Source of the DNA: Verrucomicrobiota bacterium
Lineage (GTDB): Bacteria > Verrucomicrobiota > Lentisphaeria > JABSQK01 > JAJFLO01
DNA length: 64,000 bases
Direction: 5' to 3'
Assembly (NCBI GenBank): GCA_021772615.1
Contig: JAJFLQ010000134.1
Span: forward strand, 2,039-66,038
Part shown: positions 18,784 through 30,035 of the stretch, one piece after another
How the letters are laid out: each line of letters begins with the position of its first letter
Position numbering within the stretch: the first letter of the stretch is position 1
Notes under the pieces: model-generated
What the model saw: only the letters and a program-made list of their open reading frames with translations
What the model was told of the DNA's origin: nothing
The model's database searches: none
Translations under genes and position numbers: made by a program

Positions 18784-20583
18784 TCAATTCGACTTTGTTT
18801 GCAGAACCTTTACAAACGCGTCCTGGGGTATACTGACCTTGCCGACCTGCTTCATTCGTTTCTTTCCCTCTTTTTGCTTCTCCAGCAATTTGCGTTTCCG
18901 CGTGATATCGCCGCCATAGCATTTTGCCGTCACATCCTTCCGCATTGCGCCTACGGTTTCGCGAGCGACGACTTTTCCGCCCACGAAGGCCTGAATGGCG
19001 ATTTTGAAGAGGTGCCGCGGAATGATCTCCTTAAGCTTCTCGGCGAGCAGTTTTCCGCGCGTGTGGGCATAGTCCCGATGGACAATGGACGTAAACGCGT
19101 CCACGGGCTCGTCGTTCACGCGGATTTCCATCTTGACAAGCGGTGCAACCTGGTGCCCGGCCGGCTCGTAGTCCATGCTGGCATACCCTCGTGAAATCGA
19201 CTTGAGCTTGTCGTAAAAGTCGATCACGATTTCGTGCAACGGCAATTCGGCATCCATCATCACATGATTCTGATCGACCGTAACCGTTTGCAAACAGATC
19301 CCGCGCTTCTCCATAATCAGGTTCATGATGCTGCCAATGTACACCGACGGCGAAATAATACTGGCGTGGACCAGAGGTTCCTCAATGCGATCGATCGTTG
19401 ACGGGTCCGGCAAGTACAGTGGGTTGTCGATCTCGACCTGTTCACCTGATTTCTGAAAGACACGATATATGACACTCGGGTAGGTCGTGATGATGTCCAT
19501 GCCGTATTCGCGTCGCAGCCGTTCCTGCACGATCTCCATATGAAGCAGTCCGAGGAAGCCGCAGCGGAAACCAAAGCCAAGTGCCACCGACGTTTCCGCC
19601 TGAAATACGAATGCCGAGTCATTGAGGCACAATTTTGACATACTTTGCTTCAACGTTTCGTAGTCGCCGGTGTCTATGGGATAAATACCGCTGTAGACCA
19701 TCGGGCGAACGTCTTTGAAGCCGGGTAGTGGTTCCGTGCACGGATTGTGTTTGCTTGTAATGGTGTCGCCGATTCGCGAATCCTCCGGTGTCTTTACGTT
19801 AGGAATGACGTAGCCGACACTACCAGTGGCGAGCTCGTCGGCCGGCGTCATGGCAGGCCGAAATAACCCGACCTCCTTGATTTCGGATGAGAGCCCATTG
19901 CTGCAGTATTTTATCTGATCGCCGCGTTTGATCGAACCGGATCGGACGCGCACAAAATTTACGACACCGCGGAATGCGTCATACACAGAGTCGAATACGA
20001 GCGCCTGCACCTGCGAATGCGCCGGCTCCGACGGCGCCGGAATGCGATCGACGATAGCCTCCAGAATATCGTCGATCCCGATGCCATCCTTCGCGCTCGC
20101 GAGTATCGCTTCTTCAGCAGGAATCGCGAGGACTTCCTCGAGCTGTTCGAGGCATAGGTCCACATCGGCCGCCGGCAGATCAATCTTATTGATTACGGGA
20201 ATGATCGTCAGTTTTTCGCGTATTGCCAAATTTACGTTGGCGATAGTCTGCGCCTGTACGCCCTGGGCTGCATCAATCAACAGCAATGCCCCTTCACACG
20301 CAGCCAGGCTGCGGCTTACCTCGTAGCTGAAGTCTACATGCCCGGGAGTGTCGATGAGATTCAGCACATAGTCTTCACCGTTGCGGGCTGCATATCGAAT
20401 GGCAACCGGGTGGGATTTTATCGTGATGCCGCGTTCGCGCTCAAGGTCCATATTATCGAGCAGCTGGTCCTGAAATCGTCGTTCATCAATGCTCTTGGTG
20501 TGTTGCAGGAATCGATCGGCCAGTGTCGACTTGCCGTGGTCGATATGTGCGATGATAGAAAAATTGCGTATATGTGTAATCAA
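18784..20583 (-). CDS. lepA: elongation factor 4 (LepA)
   Basis: IRNFSIIAHIDHGKSTLAD, DTPGHVDF, KCYGGDITRKRKLL; probable TTG start. Confidence 0.98.
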   Translation of the reverse strand: MITHIRNFSIIAHIDHGKSTLADRFLQHTKSIDERRFQDQLLDNMDLERERGITIKSHPVAIRYAARNGEDYVLNLIDTPGHVDFSYEVSRSLAACEGALLLIDAAQGVQAQTIANVNLAIREKLTIIPVINKIDLPAADVDLCLEQLEEVLAIPAEEAILASAKDGIGIDDILEAIVDRIPAPSEPAHSQVQALVFDSVYDAFRGVVNFVRVRSGSIKRGDQIKYCSNGLSSEIKEVGLFRPAMTPADELATGSVGYVIPNVKTPEDSRIGDTITSKHNPCTEPLPGFKDVRPMVYSGIYPIDTGDYETLKQSMSKLCLNDSAFVFQAETSVALGFGFRCGFLGLLHMEIVQERLRREYGMDIITTYPSVIYRVFQKSGEQVEIDNPLYLPDPSTIDRIEEPLVHASIISPSVYIGSIMNLIMEKRGICLQTVTVDQNHVMMDAELPLHEIVIDFYDKLKSISRGYASMDYEPAGHQVAPLVKMEIRVNDEPVDAFTSIVHRDYAHTRGKLLAEKLKEIIPRHLFKIAIQAFVGGKVVARETVGAMRKDVTAKCYGGDITRKRKLLEKQKEGKKRMKQVGKVSIPQDAFVKVLQTKSN

Positions 20584-20662
20584 AAGCGACCTGCAGGGGT
20601 TTGGGGTGTGGCAGCGGCGAAACGGTGACTTCGGCACAAAGGCCAGTACTCTACATCACGTT

Positions 20663-21262
20663 TCAGTTCGCGCAATCGCCGGATCTGGCTATGTGGCATC
20701 GCCGGCAGTCGACGTCTCGCTCCGCAAGTTCGGGATAGGCCGACAAATAGTCGCGAACACGGTCCCAATAGAAATCGTTGTCCTGCCGGCCGTTACAGGT
20801 CGGGCACAGCGGCAATAGTTTGTGAAGTAAATCGATGCGGTCGAGCGCAATACTCAAATCAGTCTTGACCTGGCGAAACTCAGCGTCGAACTGCCTGCGA
20901 TACAACGCGATTTCTATAGCTGCCTTGATCTCGGCGGCGTCGAACGGTTTGGCGATATACCCGTACGGCTTAGCCTCCTTCATTTTCGACAGCGTGTCCG
21001 GATCGGTATGCGCGGTAATGAATATCACCGGAATCTGGTAGGCCGATGCGATGTCGCCGGCGACATCGATTCCGGTCTGGCGACCGTTCAGCATCACGTC
21101 CATTAACACCAAGTCCGGACGTTTGTCGACGATCGACTGCAACGCGTCATCACCGTTCGTAGCGATATCGACGACATCGTGGCCCATGCGTGATACAATG
21201 GATTCGATATCACGGGCGATAATAATTTCATCTTCGACGATCACAATGCATGCAGGCGTCAT
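20663..21262 (-). CDS. response regulator with C-terminal Cys-rich (zinc-ribbon-like) tail
   Basis: IVEDE, DLVLMDV, FITAH, YIAKPF; LPLCPTC...CRRC. Confidence 0.85.
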   Translation of the reverse strand: MTPACIVIVEDEIIIARDIESIVSRMGHDVVDIATNGDDALQSIVDKRPDLVLMDVMLNGRQTGIDVAGDIASAYQIPVIFITAHTDPDTLSKMKEAKPYGYIAKPFDAAEIKAAIEIALYRRQFDAEFRQVKTDLSIALDRIDLLHKLLPLCPTCNGRQDNDFYWDRVRDYLSAYPELAERDVDCRRCHIARSGDCAN

Positions 21263-21427
21263 CAGGGTCTCTCGCAGTTTCTGCACGCGGCCTAAGGCCG
21301 GCAAAATCTGCACCAGGCGGTTACTACAGGTTTCGCCCAATGCTCCCAGGTCGCGTCGCGTCTGTTGCACCAATGCCGAAATCAATGGCCCCGCCGCACG
21401 CAGCAGGGTATGTCGCCAGAATGACCA

Positions 21428-22615
21428 TCAAGCAGGGTCGTCCTCGACCGCCGGTCGAAGCCAGATGCGGAATGTGGCGCCACCGCTCCGAATCAATTCC
21501 ATGCGACCGCATAATTTATGTGCCACCAGGTCAGAAACAATTTGTAATCCCAGTGTCTTGGTATTCCCCGGCACGACGTGTTCAGGAATCCCGACACCGT
21601 TATCGCGGATCTCAAGCAACAGCTCGTCCTTCTCGGTCGGAACCAGCTGTACGTGGATGTCGCCCGAACGTTGATCCGGAAATCCGTATGTCAATGAATT
21701 GGTAACAATTTCATTGATGATCATTCCGCAGGAAATGGCAGCCCCAAGATCGATCAGTACGTCGGCGATATCCGTGGTCAGCCCGACACGCCGCGGGTCA
21801 ATGGAGTAGGATTTATACAGATCCTGTATGAGGTCCTCGACATAACTCTTGAAATTCACGTGCGAAAGATCATCCGACTGATACAGCTTCTCGTGAATCA
21901 GTGCCATTGACTTCACGCGATTTTCGCATTCGGTAAATATAGATTGGTCGTGGGTGTCAGTGATCCCGTTGCGCTGAATACGGAGAAGGCTGATAATGAT
22001 CTGTAAATTGTTTTTTACACGATGGTGGATTTCTCGAAGCAACGCTTCCTTTTCCCGCAATGCCTTCTTGATATGCACCTCGGCCACACGGCGCTCGTCT
22101 ACTTCGGCGGCGAGACGGCCGTTGATTTGCTGAATTTCCGCCGTCCGCGTATTCACCAGGTCTTCGAGCTGGTCCTGGTGCAACCGCATCTGTTCTTCGG
22201 CATGTTTGCGTTCCGTGATATCGCGAAGAATCCCGGAGAAACACGTTTCATTGCCGACCTTCCACACGGCAAGCGACAGTTCCACCGGAATCTCTTCGCC
22301 GGACTTGTGCAGTCCGCGCAGCTCCGTCGTCCTGCCGATGAGCTTGGCCTCACCGGAACGCAACATACGTTCGAGCCCGGCCTTATGCGCCTCGCGGAAG
22401 CGCTCGGGGATGATAATGGTCAACGGGCGACCAAGTGCCTCATCCTCGTGATACCCGAACATCCTGCAGGCGCACTGGTTCCAGAAGGTGATGTTGCCGT
22501 TGCTGTCGGCAGCGATGATCGCGTCGTTGGCGGACTGTGCCACCGCACGAAAGCGCTCCTCACTCTGGGCCGCGAAGATGTCGCGCGACGATGCGGGTTG
22601 GTCATGACTGTCCAT
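21428..22615 (-). CDS. PAS-domain histidine kinase (HisKA_2 type)
   Basis: PAS/PAC, EIHHRVKNNLQ, DNGVG, LGLQIV. Confidence 0.92.
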   Translation of the reverse strand: MDSHDQPASSRDIFAAQSEERFRAVAQSANDAIIAADSNGNITFWNQCACRMFGYHEDEALGRPLTIIIPERFREAHKAGLERMLRSGEAKLIGRTTELRGLHKSGEEIPVELSLAVWKVGNETCFSGILRDITERKHAEEQMRLHQDQLEDLVNTRTAEIQQINGRLAAEVDERRVAEVHIKKALREKEALLREIHHRVKNNLQIIISLLRIQRNGITDTHDQSIFTECENRVKSMALIHEKLYQSDDLSHVNFKSYVEDLIQDLYKSYSIDPRRVGLTTDIADVLIDLGAAISCGMIINEIVTNSLTYGFPDQRSGDIHVQLVPTEKDELLLEIRDNGVGIPEHVVPGNTKTLGLQIVSDLVAHKLCGRMELIRSGGATFRIWLRPAVEDDPA

Positions 22616-25349
22616 TGACGTCCTCTGTCGCCTCCGCGGCAGCCGCGGCCAATTGCTGATGGATCATGTGAATGAGCAGAAAAAGTATACCGTGCACAAT
22701 CGTGAGAATCGAAAACAGGCCCGGTGGTTTCAGCGTTTTGCCAAGAATTGCAAACGTGATCACCGCAGCAACGCACCACGACAGGCTGAGGCCGAATGCC
22801 GTTGGCTTGCGCCAGTCGCCGTGAGCGCGCCAGAAGTCGATGCCGCACCATAGCAGACCGACGACCGTTCCCTTCATGAGACCGCCGTTCAGAAAAGAAT
22901 TGCCGAGAACCAAGCCGATTGCGCCGCCGAAGATAGTGAAAACAGCGTAGGAAAATGGCGAGATGATTAGTAGTAGACAATAGATCAAAACGAGCTTGCT
23001 CGGCAGAACATCGCTGCTATTCTCGAATTTTTTGAGGAATCTGCGGTTCTTGATACGCCACGCCACGGCGACGAATCCTACAAACTGCAGACTGATCGGG
23101 ATAAGAAACTTGGCCAGTAACGGAAGATCTTTGGCAAAATCTTTCCAGTCCATGACCAGTGTTCGGATGGTGCTGATACCGGTAAATCCCCAGAGAACAA
23201 AGAGGACGATGAGCGTGCGCAAGATCAACTGGTTTCGTTTCTTTGTGACAAACCCGCGATGGCGATCGATGTAGGCACTCGCGTACTGACGCTGTTGCGG
23301 AGCGCAGAGGTCCTGTGGTACCGCCAGGAAATGCCGCCACGCCTCTCGGGCCTGAGCAAACTTACGGTGCTTTTCAAGATCCAGCCCGGCATTGTAACGC
23401 GTGGTCGTTTCTTTCTTGATCCGTTTCTTCTGCGCTTCGATCTTGTTGGCGGACATAATCTCGGTTTTCTGTGCCAAATCCATGGTCCGCTGCAGGTCTT
23501 CCCACTTATTATCTTCGATCCAGACCTTGAACACCTCGTCGATCTTGCTGCTCAGCGATGTATGCAGATCACTGACCTGCTTGTCAAAGTCGGTGTCGGC
23601 AGGCGACGGGTGCACCGTTGTCAATCTCTCGGACGTGCGATAGCCGACCAGCTTCTTGTAAGACTTGATTGCCTCCGCAAAATTCGCATTGCCCAGTTGC
23701 ACCTTCAGCAGTCGCAGGGTGTTGTTTCGGTCCTGCAGCATCTCGTGGCACTTCGCCTTGGCTGCATCAAGGCGGTCGTCGCCATCGGGCCCAACTGATC
23801 GCCATTGTTCTGCGGCGTTAAGCATATCCATACACTGCGAAAGACAATTTACCGACATCGCCATGCTGGCCTGAAAAATCGCCTCGCCAAGATCCTTGTT
23901 TATTACCTCCAGCTCTTCGTTCGCCAGCGAGTACTTCTCGCGGCCGAACGCTGCAATCAGCGTCTCGACCGCTTCGATCGCCCGATCGAGATGCAATTCC
24001 TGCCGCGCAGTATCGAGTCGTTGTTCCATGGCAATCCGAAATTTCTCCAGCAGGTCCTGGAGGCGTTTCGGCAATCTATCGTTCGAGAATGTGCGTGCGA
24101 ACTCGTTACACTTTTCCACGATCTCCATGGCGGCGGTGATGTCCTGCCTGTGCACCGCGTCCTCCAGCTGATCGGACAACGCGTCATTCTCACGAAACAT
24201 GATACGCTTCTTTTCGAGTACATCGCCGCCGCAGTGTGAGCAAAAACCCGCGCCAATAAGCAAATCGCCGTTGCAGATCGGACACGCTTCGTAGCCTGAT
24301 ACCCCGCAGCCGACGCATTTCTTATCTGCAATGGTGTTGGTGCGGCCGCAAGCACAGTCCCAACTGTCTGGTTCGTCCTCGGTGGAGGAAATGCCGGCGA
24401 CCGCAATTCCCGTGGCCTTGGTTATCGCGATGTTCAGCTCCCGCCCTGACTGATAACGGTCGTCGGGATTTTTCGCCATCAAACGATTGATAATCAGGCA
24501 AACGCCCTCGGAGATGTCCGGATTGATCTCATTCGGCATCGGCGGTTCAGCCTCCAGATGCCGCGTCGCTATCTCAATCGGTGAATTGCCCGTGAACGGA
24601 AATTCGCCGGTTACGATGTGAAATAATGTCGCGCCCAGACTATAAAGATCGCTACGATTGTCAAGCGGGTTTCCCAGCAGTGTCTCCGGGCATATGTAAT
24701 ACGGCGTGCCCATGATGACGTCCTCATCGGCAGAGTCGTCGGTCATATCGCTGGTGAGTTGCGCCAGCCCGAGGTCGGCAAGTTTGGCGATGCCGTCGAT
24801 GGTCATCATGATGTTGTCCGGCTTGATGTCGCGATGCACCATCTTTTGCTTATTCCAGGCGAAATCCAACGCATCTGCGATCTGGATGATGATTTCCAGC
24901 GCGAGTTCACAGGGCATCTTTTTCTGTTTTGCCAGAATCTCCTGTATCGATTTTCCTTCCACGAATTCCATCGCGAAAAAGTGGAAGCCATTTTCTTCGC
25001 CGACAGCATAAGCCTGGACAATATTGGTGTGGTTAAGCTTGGCTGCAGCCCGCGCTTCCTTTACAAAATTCGTCACGTAACTCTGATGGCGGGAGAATTT
25101 GTCCATCAGAATCTTGAGCGCCACGTCGCGATCGAGGGTGACCTGATGCGCCAGATAGACCGTACCCATGCCGCCTTTTGCGATCTCATGCTTGATCACG
25201 AAATCATTGATCACGACACGAGGCGCCAGTAGCGCGCCCGGAACGTACGTGTTCCGTCCACAATGACTACAGCGTATTTCCCGCGTAAATTCGGATTCGG
25301 GATCGGTGGATACGAGCGTACCGTCGCAATTTGCGCAGAGAAACTTCAC
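22602..25349 (-). CDS. Hanks-type Ser/Thr protein kinase with zinc ribbons and C-terminal TM helices
   Basis: GGMGTVY, VALK, HRDIKPDN, DLGLA, GTPYY; CxxC pairs on both sides of the kinase domain; several C-terminal hydrophobic helices. Confidence 0.92.
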   Translation of the reverse strand: MKFLCANCDGTLVSTDPESEFTREIRCSHCGRNTYVPGALLAPRVVINDFVIKHEIAKGGMGTVYLAHQVTLDRDVALKILMDKFSRHQSYVTNFVKEARAAAKLNHTNIVQAYAVGEENGFHFFAMEFVEGKSIQEILAKQKKMPCELALEIIIQIADALDFAWNKQKMVHRDIKPDNIMMTIDGIAKLADLGLAQLTSDMTDDSADEDVIMGTPYYICPETLLGNPLDNRSDLYSLGATLFHIVTGEFPFTGNSPIEIATRHLEAEPPMPNEINPDISEGVCLIINRLMAKNPDDRYQSGRELNIAITKATGIAVAGISSTEDEPDSWDCACGRTNTIADKKCVGCGVSGYEACPICNGDLLIGAGFCSHCGGDVLEKKRIMFRENDALSDQLEDAVHRQDITAAMEIVEKCNEFARTFSNDRLPKRLQDLLEKFRIAMEQRLDTARQELHLDRAIEAVETLIAAFGREKYSLANEELEVINKDLGEAIFQASMAMSVNCLSQCMDMLNAAEQWRSVGPDGDDRLDAAKAKCHEMLQDRNNTLRLLKVQLGNANFAEAIKSYKKLVGYRTSERLTTVHPSPADTDFDKQVSDLHTSLSSKIDEVFKVWIEDNKWEDLQRTMDLAQKTEIMSANKIEAQKKRIKKETTTRYNAGLDLEKHRKFAQAREAWRHFLAVPQDLCAPQQRQYASAYIDRHRGFVTKKRNQLILRTLIVLFVLWGFTGISTIRTLVMDWKDFAKDLPLLAKFLIPISLQFVGFVAVAWRIKNRRFLKKFENSSDVLPSKLVLIYCLLLIISPFSYAVFTIFGGAIGLVLGNSFLNGGLMKGTVVGLLWCGIDFWRAHGDWRKPTAFGLSLSWCVAAVITFAILGKTLKPPGLFSILTIVHGILFLLIHMIHQQLAAAAAEATEDVNGQS

Positions 25350-25613
25350 GGATTGAGGCCCTCAGGGTAGAAAAGGCGAAACAGGAATGTGTTGTGATGC
25401 AATCGAAGCAGTGAGCCGGGCACACTGCATTACCAGACAACATACGCAATCCGCGGCGGGAATTCAATCAGCCGGAACAAAGTTCTGGCGCTCTCACGTC
25501 GGCGCTTTCACACTGCGGTAGAACGACCGCCGCACCGACCGTGAACCATGTTGCCGCCACGCCGACAATACCGTCCGCAGCTCACGAAGTTCGCCCCGAC
25601 TCCGGCGATTTTA

Positions 25614-25856
<243 letters not shown>

Positions 25857-25979
25857 TCATCCACGCAACATGGGTATTTAACCCAAGGTTTGAGGGGGAA
25901 TGTACCGATCGAGTCTTCCTCGCAGTCGATTTGCCCATCGCTCACCGAGCCGCCGATAGCTCGCCTCAACGTTCTTGAG

Positions 25980-27506
25980 ATGATCATTCGGGCAGCGGCA
26001 GCCGCAGCGTTGCCGCTGGCCATAGTTGCTGTGTGTCGATTCACATCCATCCCGCCACAAAGCGAAAACGCCTTCGACAGCTTTTACCATGTCGCCATGG
26101 CCGACGGATTTCCGGCACGGTGCCTGAGTCGTACGTTTCCGTATACCACCATGTCTATATGGGAACAGCATTTCTATGATAAGGAATTGTTGTTCCACGC
26201 CGGTATCGCTGCAGTGCGCTCCCTGTCCCGTGCGATCGGCATGTCCGCCGCCCCGCCATTCCATCTTCCCGCACTCGCCTTCGTCGGCGCCTTTTTCTGG
26301 GTGTTCAATCTCGTATCGATACGCCGCAGGCTGCCTCTAACGATCGTATGGACAGCCTTGCTGGTGATCCTGTCGCCGGCGCTGTTCGATCGCCTCGGTG
26401 TCCTGAGACCACACCTGCTTGGCATGACCATGATGGTTGCCGGCAGCCACATTCTCGCGTCGATCAGCCGCTCCACGCAGCTCTGGCAGGCGGCAGCTCT
26501 CGGATATGTGATGGTTTTTTCGTATTCACAACCCCACTTTGTGCTGATCCCCGCCATCATAGCAGCACTCCACTGGGCCGCCGCGCATCGCACACGGTTC
26601 GGTGTGCAGATCGTCATGCTCACAGTCTTCGGGCTAGTGGCGGGGATGATCATCCATCCACAATTTCCCAACACCGTGATGTTGTGGAAAATCCAATGTG
26701 TTGACGTCGTCGCCGGCATTATCAGCGGAGAAACCACCGTCGCCCTTGGACAAGAGCTCGCCGCACCGTCACCGGGGTGGCTGATGCAGAACGGTTTGGT
26801 TTTTATACTGGCTGTGCTAAATTTCGTGCTGATGTATCAAACCGGGGGATATCGGATATTGTACCGATGCTCCCGCGACACCGTGATTTTCACGGGCACC
26901 CAGGCGGTGTTTACTGCCGGGCTTTTTTTGTCAATGCGATGCATCGAATATGCGGCGCCGTTCGGCATTTTGGCACTTGGTGCGATCGTTCGTGACCGGC
27001 TGACGAAGATGGCAGTAAGGAGTCCGCGTACCACAAAAATCCAACGTCGGATGGTCGCGAGCGGCGTTGTCGTCGCATTGGCGATCGCGGCAACGTATTA
27101 TACATCGAGTCATTACCGCCGGGGAGCGGTGACTATCGGGTCCTTTGGCAACTGGGCGGGGCAAAACATTCCGCCGGGAACCAAGATCGCCAATCCGTAC
27201 TGGTCAGATTTTCCGATGCTGTTCTATTCGGGTGTAAGGTATCGATATTCCTGGGGCCTCGATCCGATGTTCGGGTACCGCCGGGATCCGGAAGCAGCCT
27301 CGAAAATGGCCTTGTTCGCCAACGGGAAGTGGACGCCGTCGGTTGACGAGATGAGACACGTTACAGGCGCACGATATATGTTCATTTCGAGCTACGGAAA
27401 ACCGCGTGTTGACGCCCTGCCCTGGGCTGGAGCGCGGTGCGTTTATCACGGAAGTGACGGCTGGCTGTTTGATCTCCGGGACGACAACCAGAAATCGGAC
27501 CGATGA
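25980..27506 (+). CDS. polytopic membrane protein, GT-C-like glycosyltransferase candidate
   Basis: DSFYH motif after the first TM helix, many TM helices, C-terminal soluble domain (WSDFP, GLDP); start placed after the tRNA. Confidence 0.6.
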   Translation: MIIRAAAAAALPLAIVAVCRFTSIPPQSENAFDSFYHVAMADGFPARCLSRTFPYTTMSIWEQHFYDKELLFHAGIAAVRSLSRAIGMSAAPPFHLPALAFVGAFFWVFNLVSIRRRLPLTIVWTALLVILSPALFDRLGVLRPHLLGMTMMVAGSHILASISRSTQLWQAAALGYVMVFSYSQPHFVLIPAIIAALHWAAAHRTRFGVQIVMLTVFGLVAGMIIHPQFPNTVMLWKIQCVDVVAGIISGETTVALGQELAAPSPGWLMQNGLVFILAVLNFVLMYQTGGYRILYRCSRDTVIFTGTQAVFTAGLFLSMRCIEYAAPFGILALGAIVRDRLTKMAVRSPRTTKIQRRMVASGVVVALAIAATYYTSSHYRRGAVTIGSFGNWAGQNIPPGTKIANPYWSDFPMLFYSGVRYRYSWGLDPMFGYRRDPEAASKMALFANGKWTPSVDEMRHVTGARYMFISSYGKPRVDALPWAGARCVYHGSDGWLFDLRDDNQKSDR

Positions 27507-27510
27507 TGCG

Positions 27511-29655
27511 ATGAGCAACGAATCACAAGCACCGCCAATCGATCCCATGTTCGGAGCGGGTATCCCTTCGTCGCCGAAACTGGGGCCGATTCTGGTCGTC
27601 CCGCAACTACTATTCCTCAGCGATTATCTCGTGTGCACGGACGTGATTTCGCAAGAATACGATTCCGATCTGGCCCGTTCCATGCCCGACAAGTCGAGTC
27701 TCGGCCTCTCTCCTGCAGAAATCTCGGATTACCTGGAAACCCCCGCGTACGCAACATCGCCCTCCCCTTCCGGTTCGCCGTCGTTTTCCCGCGGCCGCGG
27801 GAAATTATCGAAAGCAATGGCGCAGAAGAAGGCAGCGGTTACGCTGGGGGTCGCTCAAGCACTCTACGATACGGCGCCACATTTATTTGCCACCGACTGG
27901 GACGGTGACTTTGTGCGGCTGATCATTGATGAAGCCAACCGCGCTCAAGTTGTAGACAACATTTCGGTGCTGGATCACGTACATCCACGTATGACCGTAC
28001 CGGCACGACGGGACATACCGGCCAAGTCGACGTTGAAGGACTTCGAATGGCAGCAGTGGCTGCTGGAGGGTATACGCCGTGAACGTTTCCGTACATTAAT
28101 TCAGCTCGATGCCGATGCTGCCCATTTCAAACGAATCCAGAAGCTGCTGCACGAGCGGTTGTGGCAGAACGCGATGTTTCAACAGTTTCTGAATCGCTGG
28201 CTCTTCCCCAACGATTTCAAGGAAATGCTTCGCGAGTTGACCATTTCACAACCGCATGAGTTTATCAGCCGTTTCTGGGCCGAATACTACGCACCATCAT
28301 TGAATCCCGATGGTGTCGTTATTCATAGCGGCGGAGGACTTTTCAGGCGGTTGCTGCATGCCGTCACCGTAAGGCGCTATGCATCCGCACTCAGGAAAAC
28401 GCGCACCGCTGTACGGGAAACCGTGTTGTCGATTGAACCAGGCGGCAGCATTTTCGCCTTTCTTGACGATCATTTCGCCCAGGCCGGCGACGTTGCAGAG
28501 AAGGACATCCTGGCCATTCGGGGCCACCATCGTGCGGCGATCGCGCTGGGTCTATCTCCTATCGATACCGACGACCTGGCGCACTCCGCTGCGACCGAGA
28601 CAGCCGTATTCGCCGCTGTTCTCGATTCCAACGATCCCAAATACGCCGATGATTCGGACGATCCCGAAGAGATGGCGACACAGGACGGGCTGCTTCCGGT
28701 CGACGAGCCGGAGGACGGGATGGACACGCAGGATCCGTTTGTGCTGGACGACGCTGATGCCGACGACCTCGACTTCGATGCGGTACCGACGATGATGGAC
28801 AGCAACACCGTGCCGCTCGAGCCGGCTACAGCGCCTGTCGCTGTGGAAAAAGCACCGGCACCCCCAACCAATCCCTACCGGCAAGTAAAGGAACATGCCA
28901 TACACCTGCTCGGCGACGATGTAGAACATATCAGGATGGCCGATCTCACCAGAATCAAGGTCGGATCGTTCGTTCAGTTCCATATCAACTACAAAGATTT
29001 TTACTACACGCTGGAGAAGGTCTCGGAACGTACGTTTCGAATGTGGTCAAAGAAGTCCGACTGCGCGCAATCCGGCCGTCCTTCGGAGTTGATAGAGTTC
29101 GACGACAGCGGCACGTTGGCCATAGGCCAGTCACTGACACTGGCGAAACCCGAGCCGGATCGCGAATTGGAGCAGGATCGTTGGCCTACCAACGGTATTC
29201 CTCCTTTTGTCACGATGATCCGCTGTTTTTCCAAGGATGTCCTGAAGAACGCACGACGCAAGTCCGCGCCGGTCGATAAGTTAGCAAAGCAGCCGCGCCT
29301 GTTTTTTCTCTCCAAGCAAATGTGTCGATTTGCGATCGACGGAACCGGGCTCACCGTGGGCACGCTCGACAGGGTTTGGCATTTCAGTGACGTAACCGAA
29401 GGCAAGCGCATTCTGCTCGGCCGAATGCCAAATAACGATATCCACCTCAAAGGTGTCGGCGGCATATCCAGACGCCACTGCGCGATCGTGCCGGAAGGCG
29501 GCCAGTGGTTTCTCGCTGACCTGGATTCAACAAACGGCTGCTTCTACGCCGGTCAGCAACTCAAATCCGGCACCAAGAACAAGCGCAACTGGATAAAACT
29601 TCCCGAAGGCTCCCGCCAGCAGGATAACAAAATCGTCGGCAAACGCATGACGTAA
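27511..29655 (+). CDS. FHA-domain protein
   Basis: C-terminal LGR...ISRRHC...DLDSTNG; acidic linker. Confidence 0.8.
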   Translation: MSNESQAPPIDPMFGAGIPSSPKLGPILVVPQLLFLSDYLVCTDVISQEYDSDLARSMPDKSSLGLSPAEISDYLETPAYATSPSPSGSPSFSRGRGKLSKAMAQKKAAVTLGVAQALYDTAPHLFATDWDGDFVRLIIDEANRAQVVDNISVLDHVHPRMTVPARRDIPAKSTLKDFEWQQWLLEGIRRERFRTLIQLDADAAHFKRIQKLLHERLWQNAMFQQFLNRWLFPNDFKEMLRELTISQPHEFISRFWAEYYAPSLNPDGVVIHSGGGLFRRLLHAVTVRRYASALRKTRTAVRETVLSIEPGGSIFAFLDDHFAQAGDVAEKDILAIRGHHRAAIALGLSPIDTDDLAHSAATETAVFAAVLDSNDPKYADDSDDPEEMATQDGLLPVDEPEDGMDTQDPFVLDDADADDLDFDAVPTMMDSNTVPLEPATAPVAVEKAPAPPTNPYRQVKEHAIHLLGDDVEHIRMADLTRIKVGSFVQFHINYKDFYYTLEKVSERTFRMWSKKSDCAQSGRPSELIEFDDSGTLAIGQSLTLAKPEPDRELEQDRWPTNGIPPFVTMIRCFSKDVLKNARRKSAPVDKLAKQPRLFFLSKQMCRFAIDGTGLTVGTLDRVWHFSDVTEGKRILLGRMPNNDIHLKGVGGISRRHCAIVPEGGQWFLADLDSTNGCFYAGQQLKSGTKNKRNWIKLPEGSRQQDNKIVGKRMT

Positions 29656-29680
29656 CGCGAGGCCGGATTCGGCAATTGCC

Positions 29681-29938
29681 ATGACCTTCGTATTCTTGAC
29701 CGTGCTTGTGGGTATCGTCGGCGGCGTTGTATGGGCTGTCGACCGATTCTCTGAAGACCGTCCCCGCGTGACGACTCTGCTTATCGGATCGATTCTCTTT
29801 TTCGCGGCTGTGATTGTCGCGAAAGAAGCCAGATATGCTCCACGGTTTCTGGCGATGATAGTCAGTAGCGTGCAGGTCAGCGGACTGGTTTTGTGTATTG
29901 TCGGTGTCGTCCGCTTACTGCGGAAGCCGGAAGATTGA
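29681..29938 (+). CDS. small membrane protein (3 TM)
   Basis: Three hydrophobic segments; fits the gap between genes. Confidence 0.6.
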   Translation: MTFVFLTVLVGIVGGVVWAVDRFSEDRPRVTTLLIGSILFFAAVIVAKEARYAPRFLAMIVSSVQVSGLVLCIVGVVRLLRKPED

Positions 29939-30035
29939 CGCGGCAGCTCCGGCCGAAACGTGCCGATCGGGAAAATCTCCACATCGCAATACCAACATCT
30001 CGAAATTGATTCAAGACCAAGGGTGCGTGGCGTCA

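Noticed and set aside
17958..19194. Long antisense ORFs over lepB/lepA and similar shadow ORFs across the window
   Set aside because: They overlap well-supported genes on the other strand and carry no motifs; expected in GC-rich DNA.
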